A stretch of 64,000 bases of DNA from Neocallimastix sp. 'constans' (GCA_050613775.1 JBODTK010000160.1:1-64000); one strand, 5' to 3'; positions 13,190-27,494 are shown, counted from the stretch's first letter. The notes: generated by a model not told the origin, from the sequence alone. Numbers and translations: made by a program.

Positions 13190-15552
13190 CAAAGTTTCGT
13201 TCAGCTTTCCAGAAGAAATTAAAGTTAAAGCCAAAAACAACATCAAAACGATTACCAAGGAAAGTGTGATCACTAACGCAGTAATTATAAGTGAAAATAA
13301 AATCTCGAAAGTTTATGTGCAAATAGAAGGACTAAATGGCGAAATCTTTCTGGACTCTTATTCTAGTATTAATATGATTACTCGTGCTGCTTTGAAGAAG
13401 TATAATATAAACAAAAAGCCAGTTGGAAACATCACTGGAATGATTTTTCTAGCATATATCAATACTACTACTTCTGTCGATATCTATGAACTACAAATCT
13501 CTATAGGATCAGTAACTTTTAAAGATTATTTAAGAGTAATTGAAAAGGACGATCTGTTTGAATTATTAATTGGGGTAGATTCACTTAAGAAACATAAATT
13601 AATACTAAACTTTAATGATGATATGCTGTATACTACTGATAAAAATAATTTCCCAATAAGACTTGCACCAATTTATTACGTTTTACGTTTATATGCTGAC
13701 GGAGAAAATAATGAGACATCAGAAGAAGTGGTAGATGTAGATGCAAGTAAGCCAATAAATATAACGGTGTCTCTGGTTACAGCAAATGAAGAGTCATTGG
13801 ATAATAAGGAAACTCATGTTGAGAAAATTATTAATTTAATCCCAAAATTGGTTAAGGACCCAGTTACCAAGCTGTTTGAAGATTTTAAAGACATTTTGGC
13901 CATGAAAGCAGACGATTTGAAACCAACCAAACTTCTAACACACAGGATCATGCTCAAACCAGGAAGCAAGCCAATCAAACAGCGAGCGTACCGTTTATCA
14001 AAGATTCAGGCCCAAGCGTTAAAGAAAGAGTTAGAGAAATTGATAAACAATGGCCTGATAGAACCTTCCCACTCTCCTTGGTCCTCTCCAGTTGTATTAG
14101 TCTTAAAGAAAAATGGTCAATACAGGATGTGCGTGGACTACCGGAGAGTTAACAATTTAACAGAAAAGGATGCGTACGCTCTACCTCTCATTGACGTTAT
14201 CTTTAGTTACATTGGAAGGAATCAGGTTCTATCAACTATAGATCTATTTTCGGGTTATCACCAAGTGCCAATGTTTCTAGAAAATCAAGAGATAACTTGT
14301 TTCACGACACTTTATGGAAATTATAACTTTAAGGTCATGCACTTTGGGTTACGTAACGCTCCCGCAACCTTCAAAAGGGAGATGAATAGGATTTTTTTTA
14401 ACTTAATTGGTAAAAGTGTTTTTGTTTACATTGACGACTTGGTTGTATTCTCTCCTTCTTTTGAACAACATATTAAGGATCTTGCTGAGGTTTTCACCAT
14501 ACTACAAGATAACGGATTGAAGTTGAACTATCCAACCAATTCCTGAAAAGGTGAATGTAATTTGTAATTGGCTCCCTCCAAAAGATGTATCTAAACTTCG
14601 TTCATCTCTAGGAGCAGTTGGATATTACCGAAAGTTTATTAAGGACTTTTTCAGTTGTTGAAGAAAAATTCAAAATTTGAATGGACTAAGGAATCCGACT
14701 TAGCTTTTAAGGCTCTCAAAGAAAGATTAATTCAGGCTCCTATCTTAGTACCCCCGGATTTCAATAAACTATTCATTATAAGGAGCGATGCATCTCGCAG
14801 TGGAATTGGAGGTGTCATCATACAAAAGGATGATAATGGAGTTGAGAAACTAATTCATTATGTTAGTAGAGCGCTGAGAAAGGCTAAAGTCAATTATAGT
14901 GTTACCGACTTGGAGGAACTGCAGCATTATATTGCATAAAGAAATTTAAACATTATATTTTAGGAAATAACTTAGTTACTTATTTGGTGACTGATCACAA
15001 ACCCCTAGTTGGAATCTGCAATAATACGGAGCCCTCTAATAATCACCATTTAAAGTGGGTAACTACGTTAAGTGCTCTTCAGGTTAAGGTTCAATTTGAG
15101 GAGGTAAGGAAGAATGTTATCGCCGATGCTCTGTCCAGGATGGATACTATGAATAAAATGGAAGAATTAGAGAAGGAAGGTAATGAAGTGGTACTCGTCT
15201 CTCAAAATATTGAAAATTTCATCAATAGTAGAATTATCGAAATAGAAGGAAAGAAATATTATAAACAAAATGGAAGACTTAGTAAAATAATCAAAGATGA
15301 AGATGAGAAATTCCGCCTTATAGAAACCGCTCACACTATTGGACATGAAGAATGCGTTCGAATTATAAACTAAGGGATCTAGTATTAGTCAAGGTTTTCA
15401 ATAGAAGAGAGTTAGATCCATACTTTACCGGACCTTTAAAAATAATAAAAAAGGTGTTCAATACCGTTACAATTTGTGAACCTATTTCAGGGGAGATTGC
15501 TGAAAGAAATATACATTTAAAAAATGTAATCCCATATTTTTCTGAATTATAA
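13190..15552 (+). pseudogene. Decayed non-chromovirus Ty3/Gypsy pol (protease, RT, RNase H, integrase with core deleted), element C
   Basis: Motifs FLDSYSS, PWSSPVVLV, CVDYR, YIDD, DASRSGIGG, TDHKPL and ADALSR. The sequence jumps from HTIGHE directly to the integrase C-terminus (DPYFTGP). Confidence 0.9.
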
Positions 15553-15593
15553 GGACTTCAAGGAACGAAGTGTACTCTTAAGAGGGGACGTCT

Positions 15594-16160
15594 TGGAACG
15601 TTACGTTCAGAAAAATAAGAAATTTTTAAATTTAAGAAATAACTTAATCAAAAATTAAAAAAAGATAAAAAATAAAAAAATAAAAAATTAAATTATTTAA
15701 ATTTATAATAAATTAGTTTATATGAATAAGTAATTAAATAATGATAGTTATTTAACAAACAATTAAATTATTAAATCAAAGTATATTTTTAATTAAAAAT
15801 TAGTATTTTTATTTATGTAAATAATAAATTAAATAGTTAAATAATTCTAAAATACAAAAATTCATAAATAATATGTATTTAAAACAAATATTTTATTTTT
15901 AAAAGTATATTTAGTTAAAAAATATTAAATATTCAATTTATATTATTAATTAAATAGTATAAAAATTATAAATAAAATTAGGAAAATAATTAAATGGTAT
16001 AAAAATATTTAAGTAAAATTTTAAAAACATATATAAATAGAAAAATTTACAAAAAGAAACATTTAGGAAAAATTAATAAAAATAAAAATAAAAATAAAAA
16101 TAAAATTATTATCTATAAAAAAAATATAAAATTTTACATTTAATAGAGCAACTCGTCCCA
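15594..16160 (+). repeat. 3' LTR of element C
   Basis: Purine tract AAGAGGGG at ~15580-15587; inverted termini TGGAACG...CGTCCCA. Confidence 0.75.
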
Positions 16161-16164
16161 TTAT

Positions 16165-16785
16165 TGGTAAAGAACGAATATATAATGGATTGCTAACTAG
16201 AGACCATTATATTGTTCTTTACTTAATATTACTTTACTATATTTTCTATAATAAAATATTTTATAAATATAATTTTTTTTCTTTATATTTTTATTAAAGA
16301 GTTATTAAAATATTATCAATAATTCTATATTTTTATTATTAATATCATTATCTATAAAATAACTTTTTATTTTATTATTTTATTAAAATATTTATTATCA
16401 ATATTAATATTTTATTTTATTTTTATTTTTAAATGTATTATTATTATATTATTATATTATAACAATATTAAAATTGTATTCTTTTTAATATATTATTTTA
16501 TTTTTAAAATTGATTTTTTATTTAATAAAAATTTCTATTCAATTCTCCACAAACAAAATCAAATCAAATCTGAATAGATTAATAATAAATATTCAATATA
16601 TTATATCTTTTAAATTTATTTTATATAAAATATAAGAATATTATATTAATTTTATTGATTAAAATAACATAATTTTTCTGTAAAATCTTTTTAAATTTTG
16701 TTTATTGCTTTTCGTATATATTAAATACTTTAGTTTTAGTATATGAAAAATAATATAAAATTATATAATCAAAATTTATTAAAGG
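16165..16785 (+). repeat. Truncated LTR of the element-2 family
   Basis: Starts TGGTAAAGAACGAA and aligns with the reverse complement of ~55285-55892. Confidence 0.8.
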
Positions 16786-16788
16786 TTT

Positions 16789-17600
16789 ATGAATACCATC
16801 TTTAGACTCCATGGTTTACCCAATGAAATTCTATCCGATCGTGGTACTCAGTTCACTTCTAAATTCTGGACTGGTCTTAGTAAGATTTTGAACATCTCGA
16901 TGAAACTCTCTTCTCCTTTTCACCATCAAACCAATGGTCTAACGGAGAGGGTGAACTCCGTCATCGAACAATTCCTTCGTTGCTATTCAAATTTTAAAGG
17001 TTCAAACTGGAACGACTATCTATTTCTAGCTGAATTCTACTACAACAGTATAGCTCAAGAATCCTTAAGAAACTCACCTTTTTTATGTCAACTACGGATA
17101 CAACTCAAGATTCTCACCTTTGATACCTAACATATCCGATGTTCCTCTCGTAGAAGAATTTAAAAAAAAAATTTATCAGAACTTTTCAAATAACTCAAAA
17201 AAAATTTCGATTTTCCTAAACTAAATTTTTATTGTAATAATTTTCATAAAATTAAGGAGAGAGTGAACTCCGTTGTGGAACAATATCTAAGATGTTTTTC
17301 AAATTATACAGGTTCTGATTGGAAAAACTACCTCAGTTTTGCCGAATTTAGCTATAACAATGCTGTTCAAGAATCTACTGGTTTTTGTCCTTTCTTTCTT
17401 AACTATGGTTTTCATCCAAAACATTCACCTTTAATTCCTGAGCAAATCAATGTACCTCGTGATGTAGAGTTTACCAAAGATTTTCAAGATTTAATGAAGA
17501 AGTTTAAAGAAAACTTATAAATCGCCAATAAGTATAGATCTAAACCACCAAACTTTGAAAAAAGTGATAAAGTTTGGCTCGACAACTCTTTTAATATAAA
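16789..17600 (+). pseudogene. Two tandem, overlapping Gypsy integrase fragments from different copies
   Basis: LHGLPNEILSDRGTQFTS...NGLTERVNSVIEQFLR, followed by a second ERVNSVVEQYLR...YGFHP segment. Confidence 0.85.
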
Positions 17601-18617
17601 TAGGAGTGAATTTTCCTATAAAAATATTTTATACTTTGAGTTTTTATTAATAAAACATTAACTTGTTAAGTTAATTAATGTGTTTTTGATAATACATTTA
17701 TAATTAATGAAATAAATATAAATAAAAATATTTTACTTGTTTTAATTAAAGGTTTTAAGTGTTTTATTTTTAAATTTATTGTTAAGAACCATTTCGTTAC
17801 ACCAAGATATCTTAAATCATAATGTATTATAATTATATACATGATGGGATTTTTCCATTTTTTACCTACTAATACAAAGACATGAAAAATCCATGCACAA
17901 AAATAAACATTAATGGCGGATAAAAAAATAACTTTGATATATATTCTATTTTGAATTAATGTCATAACTTTCAAGAAAAGCATTAACCATTTTTAAATTA
18001 TATATATAAAAAAAAAATACATTTTTATTGTTTATTAAGATTTATTTTTAGCTTTTATTTCTATCTTCATTTTTATTTTTTATTTTCTAATTATTTTTTT
18101 TTATTTATATCTCTATTTTTATTATTACTTATATTTATATTATTTAATTATATTAAATAATAATAATAATTTAAATACTCATTTATTTTATTAAATATAA
18201 GAAAAAAAAAGGGAAAAAAAAAATCTTAAAAAAAATTATACAAAATTATTTATATATATATATATATATAAAAAGAATAGTTTTAAATATTTTGTGTAAC
18301 TTGTATATATATTACAATATACATGTATTATCCACAATCTAATACAAATTATATATTATAAAGATTTTAGTATATAAATGATTTTTTTCTTTTTTTTTTT
18401 ATTCGTCTATATATATTGTTTTAATAATTTTAAATATTTATATTATTTAATTATATTAAATTATAATATAGAATACAAATAAAAACTTTAATTAATATAA
18501 AAATTAATTTATTATAGACACATAAATATATTAAAAAATTATGATAATTATAAATTAATAAATTATTGCAATTGTGTCTATAGGAAATTAATGATATCAT
18601 AAAAATATGAAATTCAT

Positions 18618-19475
18618 GAGTGTGTTGCATTTCGCAAAATTTCATTTCGGAAAAGTTTCATTTCACAAAATTTTTTGTGTCATTTCTCAAAAGTTCATTT
18701 CTCAAAATTTTAATAAATAGATAAATAAATAATAAAATAAATAAATAATAAAAAAATAAAAAATAAAAAATAAAAAATAAAAAATAAAAAATAAAAAATA
18801 AAAAATTGAAAAAATAAATACCACCTAAAATTATCCTAACTTTGTGCTAATTTTAACTCCCCTTTTTTTATGATATCCTCATCTTTTTTTTTTTTTTTTT
18901 TACTGGATTATTTATAAATATTTCTTCTATTAAAAAAAATTATTAGTAATTTAAGATTTTTTAAAATACTGCGCAAGGACTTAAAAGGTGTAAACTGATC
19001 AATTAAATTATTATTTATATATTATTTTTTAATCTTTTTAATAATTATATTTTAATTTTAATAGTTATAATTTAAAATTTTATTCTTTACATCTTTTAAA
19101 TTATTAATACTTATTTTTATATATATATAAAACTATTATTAATCACATATATTTATTGAAATATAATAAAACGTTTAAAATGTATGATAAAATATGTTAT
19201 TTTTTTAAAGCTTTAATTCTAATGAATATTTATTATTATATAATGTATATTTATTATATATATGTATTATATATATATATTTTTTTTTAAAAAAAAATTT
19301 TTTAATTTACTTATTTATTATAGTTTTGTTTATTTATTTATATTTATTTAGTTATTTATTTAAATTATATATATTATTTATTTGCGTTATTATTAATTTA
19401 TTCATTTATTAACTTTTAAAAAATTTTCCGAAATGAAACTTTCTGAAATGAAATTTTTCGAAATGCACCTCCCAC
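18618..19475. mobile_element. Non-autonomous Mutator-type element (MITE)
   Basis: Perfect 9-bp TSD GAAATTCAT (18609-18617 and 19476-19484). TIRs are built of repeated CATTTCG/CGAAATG units. Confidence 0.85.
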
Positions 19476-20392
19476 GAAATTCATTGTGTATTATTAATAA
19501 TTTATTATACTAAATAATTTTTATTTTATTACTAATAATTATTATATTTTATAACATTTTATTATGTATATATATTTTATTAAACTTTATATTTTATTAT
19601 ATGAAAACTTTATTATAAATTAGTATAAATGTAAATTATTTTATATTGTGTATTTGTTAAGTTGTTAATTAATTAATTATTATTACTAAAGAAATAAAAA
19701 TAAATATTAAAAATAATATAATCGCTTCTCCCCAAAAGTTGAAAGTAGAATCGAGTTATATCAATTATAATAATAACTTAAATACTTATTTATTTTATTA
19801 TAATCATAATAAATAATAATATTTTATTTTTTATTTAACGTAAGAAAAAAAAAAGGAAAAAAAAATCTTATTTAAAAAAAAATATACAAAATTATTTTTT
19901 TATATATATATAAAAAAAAAATTGTTTTAAGTATTTTGTGTAACTTTTATAATTTTTGTAATTTTAAATATTTATATTATTTAATTAAATTATAATAATA
20001 ATTTAAATAATCATTTATTTTATTAAACATAAGAATAAAAAAAAGGAAAAAAGAAATCTTTTTAAAAAAAAATTATATAAAATTATCTTTTTATATATAC
20101 AAAAAAGAATTGTTTTAAATATTTTGTGTAACCCGTATATATGTTTCAATATACATGTATAATCCACAATCTAATACAATTATATATTACAAAGTTTTAG
20201 AATATAATGTTTTTTTTCTTTTTTTTTTTTATTCGTCCATATATATTGTTTTAATAATTTTAAATAATAATAATGTAACTATAATTTTATTGAATATATT
20301 AAAAAAAGTTTTTAAAAACACAAAGATATTATATAATAATTTGTCTTTTGCAAAATGTGTCTTAAAAAGTTTTAAAAAATAAACATATAAAT

Positions 20393-20423
<31 letters not shown>

Positions 20424-20597
20424 TATTAAATAATATTTTAATTTAATGTTTTTAATAAATAAAAAAAATAAATATTATAAAATTGTTTAAAGACTTATTA
20501 TTTCAAAAATGAATTTATTTATTTATTCTTTTATAAATTACATGAATACTTAAATAAATAATAATAGATAAAAGTTTGCAATAATTGTGGCAATAAA

Positions 20598-20611
<14 letters not shown>

Positions 20612-20628
<17 letters not shown>

Positions 20629-21172
20629 TTTTTTTTTAACGACCGTAGCAGGATTTCTCCCCAGCTGTACATCTTGTAGACACACAATGGTTTATAACTA
20701 GAGCCCTTATCTAACTTCCTACTTTAGTAGGTGGTCCCGTCCCTGCTGGACTGCCTTACAGTTACTCTGCATTGGCGCTCCTTACCCAAGTATAATTACT
20801 GCTTGTCATTGTACGATAATCTTACAATTGGGTCTTGCAGCCACAATCTCCGGGATCACGTGACAACCGCTCCATAACATACCTATAAGTAAGGATAAGT
20901 AAATTTTCATATGTCACCATATGTTGGGTATCTCCTCTTAAGAAACTTTGCCATACACACTCAACCCTCTCAGGCCTGCAAGAAGTGTAAATCGATGAAA
21001 GTTGAATTAGAGATATAGGGGGTATCAAATGGGTATAATACTTACCTGAAAACCCTAACCACCTAATAACGAAAAACCAGTGGAAAAAACGCTATAGGCA
21101 TAGGGAGGGGTCGAACCAGGAACCTTATGCTCTCAAAGCTTACGCCTTAACAGCCAGGATAAAACCTGGAAC
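20612..21172 (-). mobile_element. SINE-like or internally deleted non-LTR retroposon
   Basis: Absent from the mirror arm. It has a 26-nt poly(A) tail (T run 20612-20637), a B-box-like GGTTCGACCC near its 5' end (21108-21117), and sits in a (TTTA)n tract. Confidence 0.7.
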
Positions 21173-21207
<35 letters not shown>

Positions 21208-21399
21208 TTGTTAAAAATATTATATAATGTGGCAATTGATTAAGAAATTTTAAGCACATTGCGAAATTCACATCAATGATGATTTAATATATATTATATT
21301 TATTGACTTTACTATTATTTTTATTAATTTTACTGTTTTTTTGTTTAATTTTTATTATTTTTATTTTTATATTTATTTTTATATTTTATTTCTATATTT

Positions 21400-21530
21400 T
21401 ATTTTTATGTTTTATTTTTATATTTTTATTTTATATTTTATATTTTATATTTTATATTTTATATTTTATATTTTATATTTTATATTTTATATTTTATATT
21501 TTATATTTTATATTTTATATTTTATATTTT
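21400..21530. repeat. (TTTTATA)n microsatellite
   Basis: Direct 7-nt periodicity. Confidence 0.85.
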
Positions 21531-21673
21531 ATTATTATCTAGAATATTATATATTATACTAATTTTTTTATAATAATTTTTTAATATCAATATAATATTT
21601 TTTTTTTATTTTTAAGAAAAAAACATATAAAAAATTTTTTTTTATATGATTAAATTTAATTGTAAATTTAATT

Positions 21674-23468
21674 TTAATTTAAATATCTAGCCCATACTTC
21701 ATTCTTATCTAATAAAATTTCTAGATAACCATAATAACCACCACCAATACAACGAGAAATACCAATATCAATTAAAATTAATTTATTGTTACATCTAGAT
21801 CTAATTTTTCCATAAGATTGAGGAGTATGACCGACAATCATTCTTTTAGTATTTGTAAGTTCTAAAGTCTTTTCAATTTGTGAACAAACTTCACTTTCTG
21901 GATTCTTAGCAAAATCTCTAATCCATAATGGACCTGTTCCATCTTTATTAAATAATGGATCAGTATAAATTGGATGAATAGTATTTTGTAAATATAATTG
22001 ATATAATTCATCTACTGATGGAGTATCTAATAAAATTTCACGAGCATGTTCATTAAGTTTATCAACACCTTCAGTAACATATTCAGGAGCAACACCAGCA
22101 TGAGCATAAATAGAATCACCAATTACCATTGTTATATTCATTTCTTGTCTTATAACTTTTCCATATTTTCCAGTTGGTCCAAAAGCTTCTTCACGGGCTT
22201 TTAATCCACCGAATGATTCATAATCCTTCAATGAAGTAAAATAATGATTACCTTCAATTTCTAAAATATCGTGATTACCAAGTAACATATGAACAATACC
22301 ACCTTTTTCTTTAGCTTGTTCTCTTAAATTTAACATGGTATCATAAATTTTCAAAGTATCATTACCACGATTTATCAAATCACCCATTTGTACTAAAATA
22401 GAATTTTTACCAATCCAGTTATTTTCTTCATCAACAAGCTTAGCATGTTGTAAAATAGAAATCAAATGTTCATAATCACCATGAATATCACCTATAGCAA
22501 CAATACGGTTTAATTCATTTTTCTTGTTTATATCATCCTTCTTGCTTTCTTTTTTAGTACCTTTAACATAACATTTAACAATTTTTTTAACAGCTCGACG
22601 TACTTTCTTGCTAATACTTTCTTTGCTAATTAAAGTATCTTCCCAGTGAACAAGAGTATGAGTTAATTCACCCTTTACTAAATCTTTACAAAGTTCAGTG
22701 TTAGCTAAAGCTGTAGCATCCATTTTTTCTTGATCTTTTCTTTTTGGTAAAAAGTTTTCATATAAAAATTCATCTCCATTAATTCTTGAAGCATCTACAT
22801 AAGGATATCCAACTAATTTTAATACTTTTAATTCTTCAAAAATTTCCATAGCCATTGAGGAATCGAAATCATTACGAAGAGAATTTAAATAATTTTCATT
22901 ACTTTCAAAATTATTCAAGACAACATAAAAATCGCTATCATTTTCTTTATCAATATTTTCTGAAATTATTTTAGAATTTGGATATGGCGATACTATATTA
23001 GTATCTTTAGTATTTAATGGGATAAATTCTTTATCTAAAACTACAGCTACAACTTCCTTAGAGTCAGTTATTCTATATTTAGAAAGATCATCAACAAAAG
23101 CATCAAATTTAACAGGTGTTTCAATATCTATTTTTAAAAAATATTTAAAGTATAAACATGTATATTAAAAAAAAAAAAATTATTATTATTATTATCATTA
23201 TTAGATTAGATCTATATTAAATTTTTTTAAGTTTAATAATAAAATTTCTTCCAAAATACATAAATTAATAAAATTTACCAAGAATTTTTGAAATAGCATT
23301 AACAGCTTCATTTAATTCCTTTTTTAAAAATTTACATACACTTCTATTATTTTCAACACAATTAAAATTATATTTTAAATCATCAGTAGTGTATTCATAA
23401 TTTATATTTTTGGAAATTACAGTTCCTAATGCTAAAGTTGAACATAACAAAACTTTATAAAATTTCAT
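21674..23468 (-). CDS. Secreted calcineurin-like metallophosphoesterase (Shewanella-like phosphatase type); exons 23468-23279 and 23127-21674; ~547 aa
   Basis: Signal-peptide-like MKFYKVLLCSTLALGTVIS. A GT...AG intron (23278-23128, 151 nt) joins the two ORFs in frame (1644 nt). Motifs GDIHG, GDLINRG, GNHD, HAG, GPLWIR, GHT and IDIG. Confidence 0.9.
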
Positions 23469-24284
23469 TTTATGAATTTAACTAAATATTTTTTTAATTT
23501 AACAATATATTTTATTATAGTTTTCTATGTTTATCTTATTAATTATTATTTTTCTATATTTATATTATAATATATGTAATATATTATAATTTTTTTTTTT
23601 TTTTTAATTATGATATTATAAAAAAAAGAAATATCATTTTATATATATATGAAAATTTTATATATAATACTTTTTTTATTTTTTATTTTATTTCTAAATT
23701 GATATTCTTTTTAAATTACTGTATACTTTTTAATAACAACTATTAATAATTAATACATAATAAATTATAAATTAAAAACTATGACGTAAAAAATATTAAT
23801 TTAGATGAGAAAAAATTTTTTTTTTGTGTTTAAAACTTAACTTTATAATGAAAAAACTTTTAAAAAAATCTTTTATTTAATAAATTGTCAACATTTAAAC
23901 AATTTATATATACAAGGAAAAAAATAATTAAAAAAGGAAATAGAAGAAAAATAGGGAAAAAAAGTTATTTTATATATATATATATATTTAGTGTATATAC
24001 AATATATATTAAATCATCATTGATGTGAATTTCGCAATGTGCTTAAAATTTCTTAATCAATTGCTACGTTATATATATATTTTTAACAATAAATAAATAA
24101 ATAAATTTTTTTTATTGCCACAATTATTGCAAACTTTTATCTATTATTATTTATTTAAGTATTCATGTAATTTATAAAAGAATAAATAAATAAATTCATT
24201 TTTGAAATAATAAGTCTTTAAACAATTTTATAATATTTATTTTTTTTATTTATTAAAAACATTAAATTAAAATATTATTTAATA

Positions 24285-24318
<34 letters not shown>

Positions 24319-25209
24319 TATATGTTTATATGCAAAAGACAAATTATATAATATCTTTGTGTTTTTAAAAACTTTTTTTAATATATTCAATAAAATTATA
24401 GTTACATTATTATTATTTAAAATTATTAAAACAATATATATGGACGAATAAAAAAAAAAAGAAAAAAAACATTATATTCTAAAATTTTGTAATATATAAT
24501 TGTATTAGATTGTGGATTATACATGTATATTGAAACATATATACGGGTTACACAAAATATTTAAAACAATTCTTTTTTGTATATAAAAAGATAATTTTAT
24601 ATAATTTTTTTTTAAAAAGATTTCTTTTTTCCTTTTTTTTATTCTTATGTTTAATAAAATAAATGATTATTTAAATTATTATTATAATTTAATTAAATAA
24701 TATAAATATTTAAAATTACAAAAATTATAAAAGTTACACAAAATACTTAAAACAATTTTTTTTTTATATATATATAAAAAAATAATTTTGTATATTTTTT
24801 TTTAAATAAGATTTTTTTTTCCTTTTTTTTTTCTTACGTTAAATAAAAAATAAAATATTATTATTTATTATGATTATAATAAAATAAATAAGTATTTAAG
24901 TTATTATTATAATTGATATAACTCGATTCTACTTTCAACTTTTGGGGAGAAGCGATTATATTATTTTTAATATTTATTTTTATTTCTTTAGTAATAATAA
25001 TTAATTAATTAACAACTTAACAAATACACAATATAAAATAATTTACATTTATACTAATTTATAATAAAGTTTTCATATAATAAAATATAAAGTTTAATAA
25101 AATATATATACATAATAAAATAATAAAATGTTATAAAATATAATAATTATTAGTAATAAAATAAAAATTATTTAGTATAATAAATTATTAATAATACACA
25201 ATGAATTTC

Positions 25210-25770
25210 GTGGGAGGTGCATTTCGAAAAATTTCATTTCAGAAAGTTTCATTTCGGAAAATTTTTTAAAAGTTAATAAATGAATAAATTAATAATAAAG
25301 CAAATAAATAATATATATAATTTAAATAAATAACTAAATAAATATATATAAATAAATAAAACTATAATAAATAAATAAATTTAAAATTTTTTTTTAAAAA
25401 AAATATATATATATTACATATATATAATAAATATACATTATATAATAATAAATATTCATTAGAATTAAAGCTTTAAAAAAATAACATATTTTATCATACA
25501 TTTTAAACGTTTTATTATATTTCAATAAATATATGTGATTAATAATAGTTTTATATATATATAAAAATAAGTATTAATAATTTAAAAGATATAAAGGATA
25601 ATAATTTAAAATATAACTATTAAAATATAATTATTAAAAAGATTAAAAAATAATATATAAATAATAATTTAATTGATCAGTTTACACCTTTTAAGTCCTT
25701 GCGCAGTATTTTAAAAAATCTTAAATTACTAATAATTTTTTTTAATAAAAGAAATATTTATAAATAATCC

Positions 25771-25805
<35 letters not shown>

Positions 25806-26057
25806 TGAGGATATCATAAAAAAAAGGGAGTTAAAATTAGCACAAAGTTAGGATAATTTTAGGTGGTATTTATTTTTTCAAATTTTTATTCTTTATTTTT
25901 TATTTTTTATTTTTTATTTTTTTTTATTTTTTATTTATTTTATTATTTATTTATCTATTTATTAAAAATTTGCGAAATGAACTTTTGCAAAATGACACAA
26001 AAAATTTTGTGAAATGAAACTTTTCCGAAATGAAATTTTGCGAAATGCAACACACTC
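25210..26057. mobile_element. Mirror copy of the MITE at 18618-19475
   Basis: TSD ATGAATTTC on both sides. Confidence 0.85.
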
Positions 26058-26569
26058 ATGAATTTCATATTTTTATGATATCATTAATTTCCTAAGTTCT
26101 AATGATATTTTCACTAGACACAATTGCAATAATTTATCAATTTATAATTAACATAATTTTTTAATATATTTATGTGTCTATAATAAATTAATTTTTATAT
26201 TAATTAAAGTTTTTATTTGTATTCTATATCATAATTTAATATAATTAAATAATATAAATATTTAAAATTATTAAAACAATATATATAGACGAATAAAAAA
26301 AAAAAAGAAAAAAATCATTTATATTCTAAAATTTTTATAATATATAATTTGTATTAGATTGTGGATAATACGTGTATATTGTAATATATATACAAGTTAC
26401 ACAAAATATTTAAAACTATTCTTTTTATATATATATATAAATAATTTTGTATAATTTTTTTTAAGTTTTTTTTTTCCCTTTTTTTTTCTTATATTTAATA
26501 AAATAAATGAGTATTTAAATTATTATTATTATTAAATATAATTAAATATATATATTAATTTAATATATA

Positions 26570-27310
26570 TATTAATTATATATTCTAATTTATAATTAAA
26601 GAATTATAATTATTATAATCATAATAATACATATTGAAATAAAATAAAATAAAATAAAATAATTATTATCAAAAAGATATAAATTTAATATTTAATAATT
26701 ATTATTAATATACAAATATGTTACTACAAATAGTTGCTTTATACTAATATTATGATAGAGAATAATTATCTATTTTTTATATTCTATTGTTTTTTATTTT
26801 AAGTTAAAAAAGTAAATAAATAAGTTAAAAAACTAAATAAATAAATTATAATCAGGTTTAGAAATAAATAAAATTGTGTTATTATTTTTAAATATTTATT
26901 TTTTAAAATAAAATATTTTCTTTATTATTTTGTTTACTAAAAAGACTGAATAATTAATATTAATTATAATTATTATAATCATAATAATACATATTGAAAT
27001 AAAATAAATTTTTTATTATCAAAAAGATATAAATTTAATATTTAATAATTATTATTAATATACAAATATGTTACTACAAATAGTTGTTTTATACCAATAT
27101 TATGATAGAGAATAATTATCTATTTTTTATATTGTTTTTTATTTTAAGTAAAAAAAGTAAATAAGTAAGTTAAAAAAGTAAATAAATAAATTATAATCAG
27201 GTTTAGAAATAAATAAAACTGTGTTATTATTTTTAAATATTTATTTTTTAAAATAAAATTTTTTCTTTATTATTTTGTTTACTAAAAAGACTGAATAATT
27301 AATATTAATC
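26570..27310. repeat. ~360-bp tandem duplication containing fragments of the 44254-44632 LTR family
   Basis: ATAATACATATTGAAATAAAATAAA...CAAATATGTTACTAC occurs twice here and at ~44520-44615. Confidence 0.75.
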
Positions 27311-27456
27311 TATTCAAAACAAATAACTAAATAATAATAATAAATAATTAAATAATAATAATAATAAATACTTAAATAGAAATAATAAATAATTATATAA
27401 ATAGCTGATATATATATATATAAATTAAATACTTTCTTATAAAATACTTTATATTT

Positions 27457-27458
<2 letters not shown>

Positions 27459-27494
<36 letters not shown>

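Larger units (their letters stand above)
15347..21295 (+). repeat. Left arm of a large imperfect inverted repeat
   Basis: Reverse complement of 24001-30895. Near-identical ORFs are mirrored: 16789/29115, 17263/28726, 17675/28263 and 15352/30690. Confidence 0.95.

Noticed and set aside
17675..17983. 102-aa ORF conserved at 28263-28571
   Set aside because: Conservation is explained by the palindrome; only a faint YLGVT resemblance to hAT transposases, which is not enough to call.
18160..20270. ~150-300 bp direct repeats within the palindrome arm (18160-18460, 19810-20000, 19990-20270)
   Set aside because: Real local duplications, but I found no termini, TSD or coding signal to assign them to an element or function.
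21095..21172. Functional tRNA gene
   Set aside because: B-box present, but the T-stem and acceptor stem do not pair; treated as a retroposon head.
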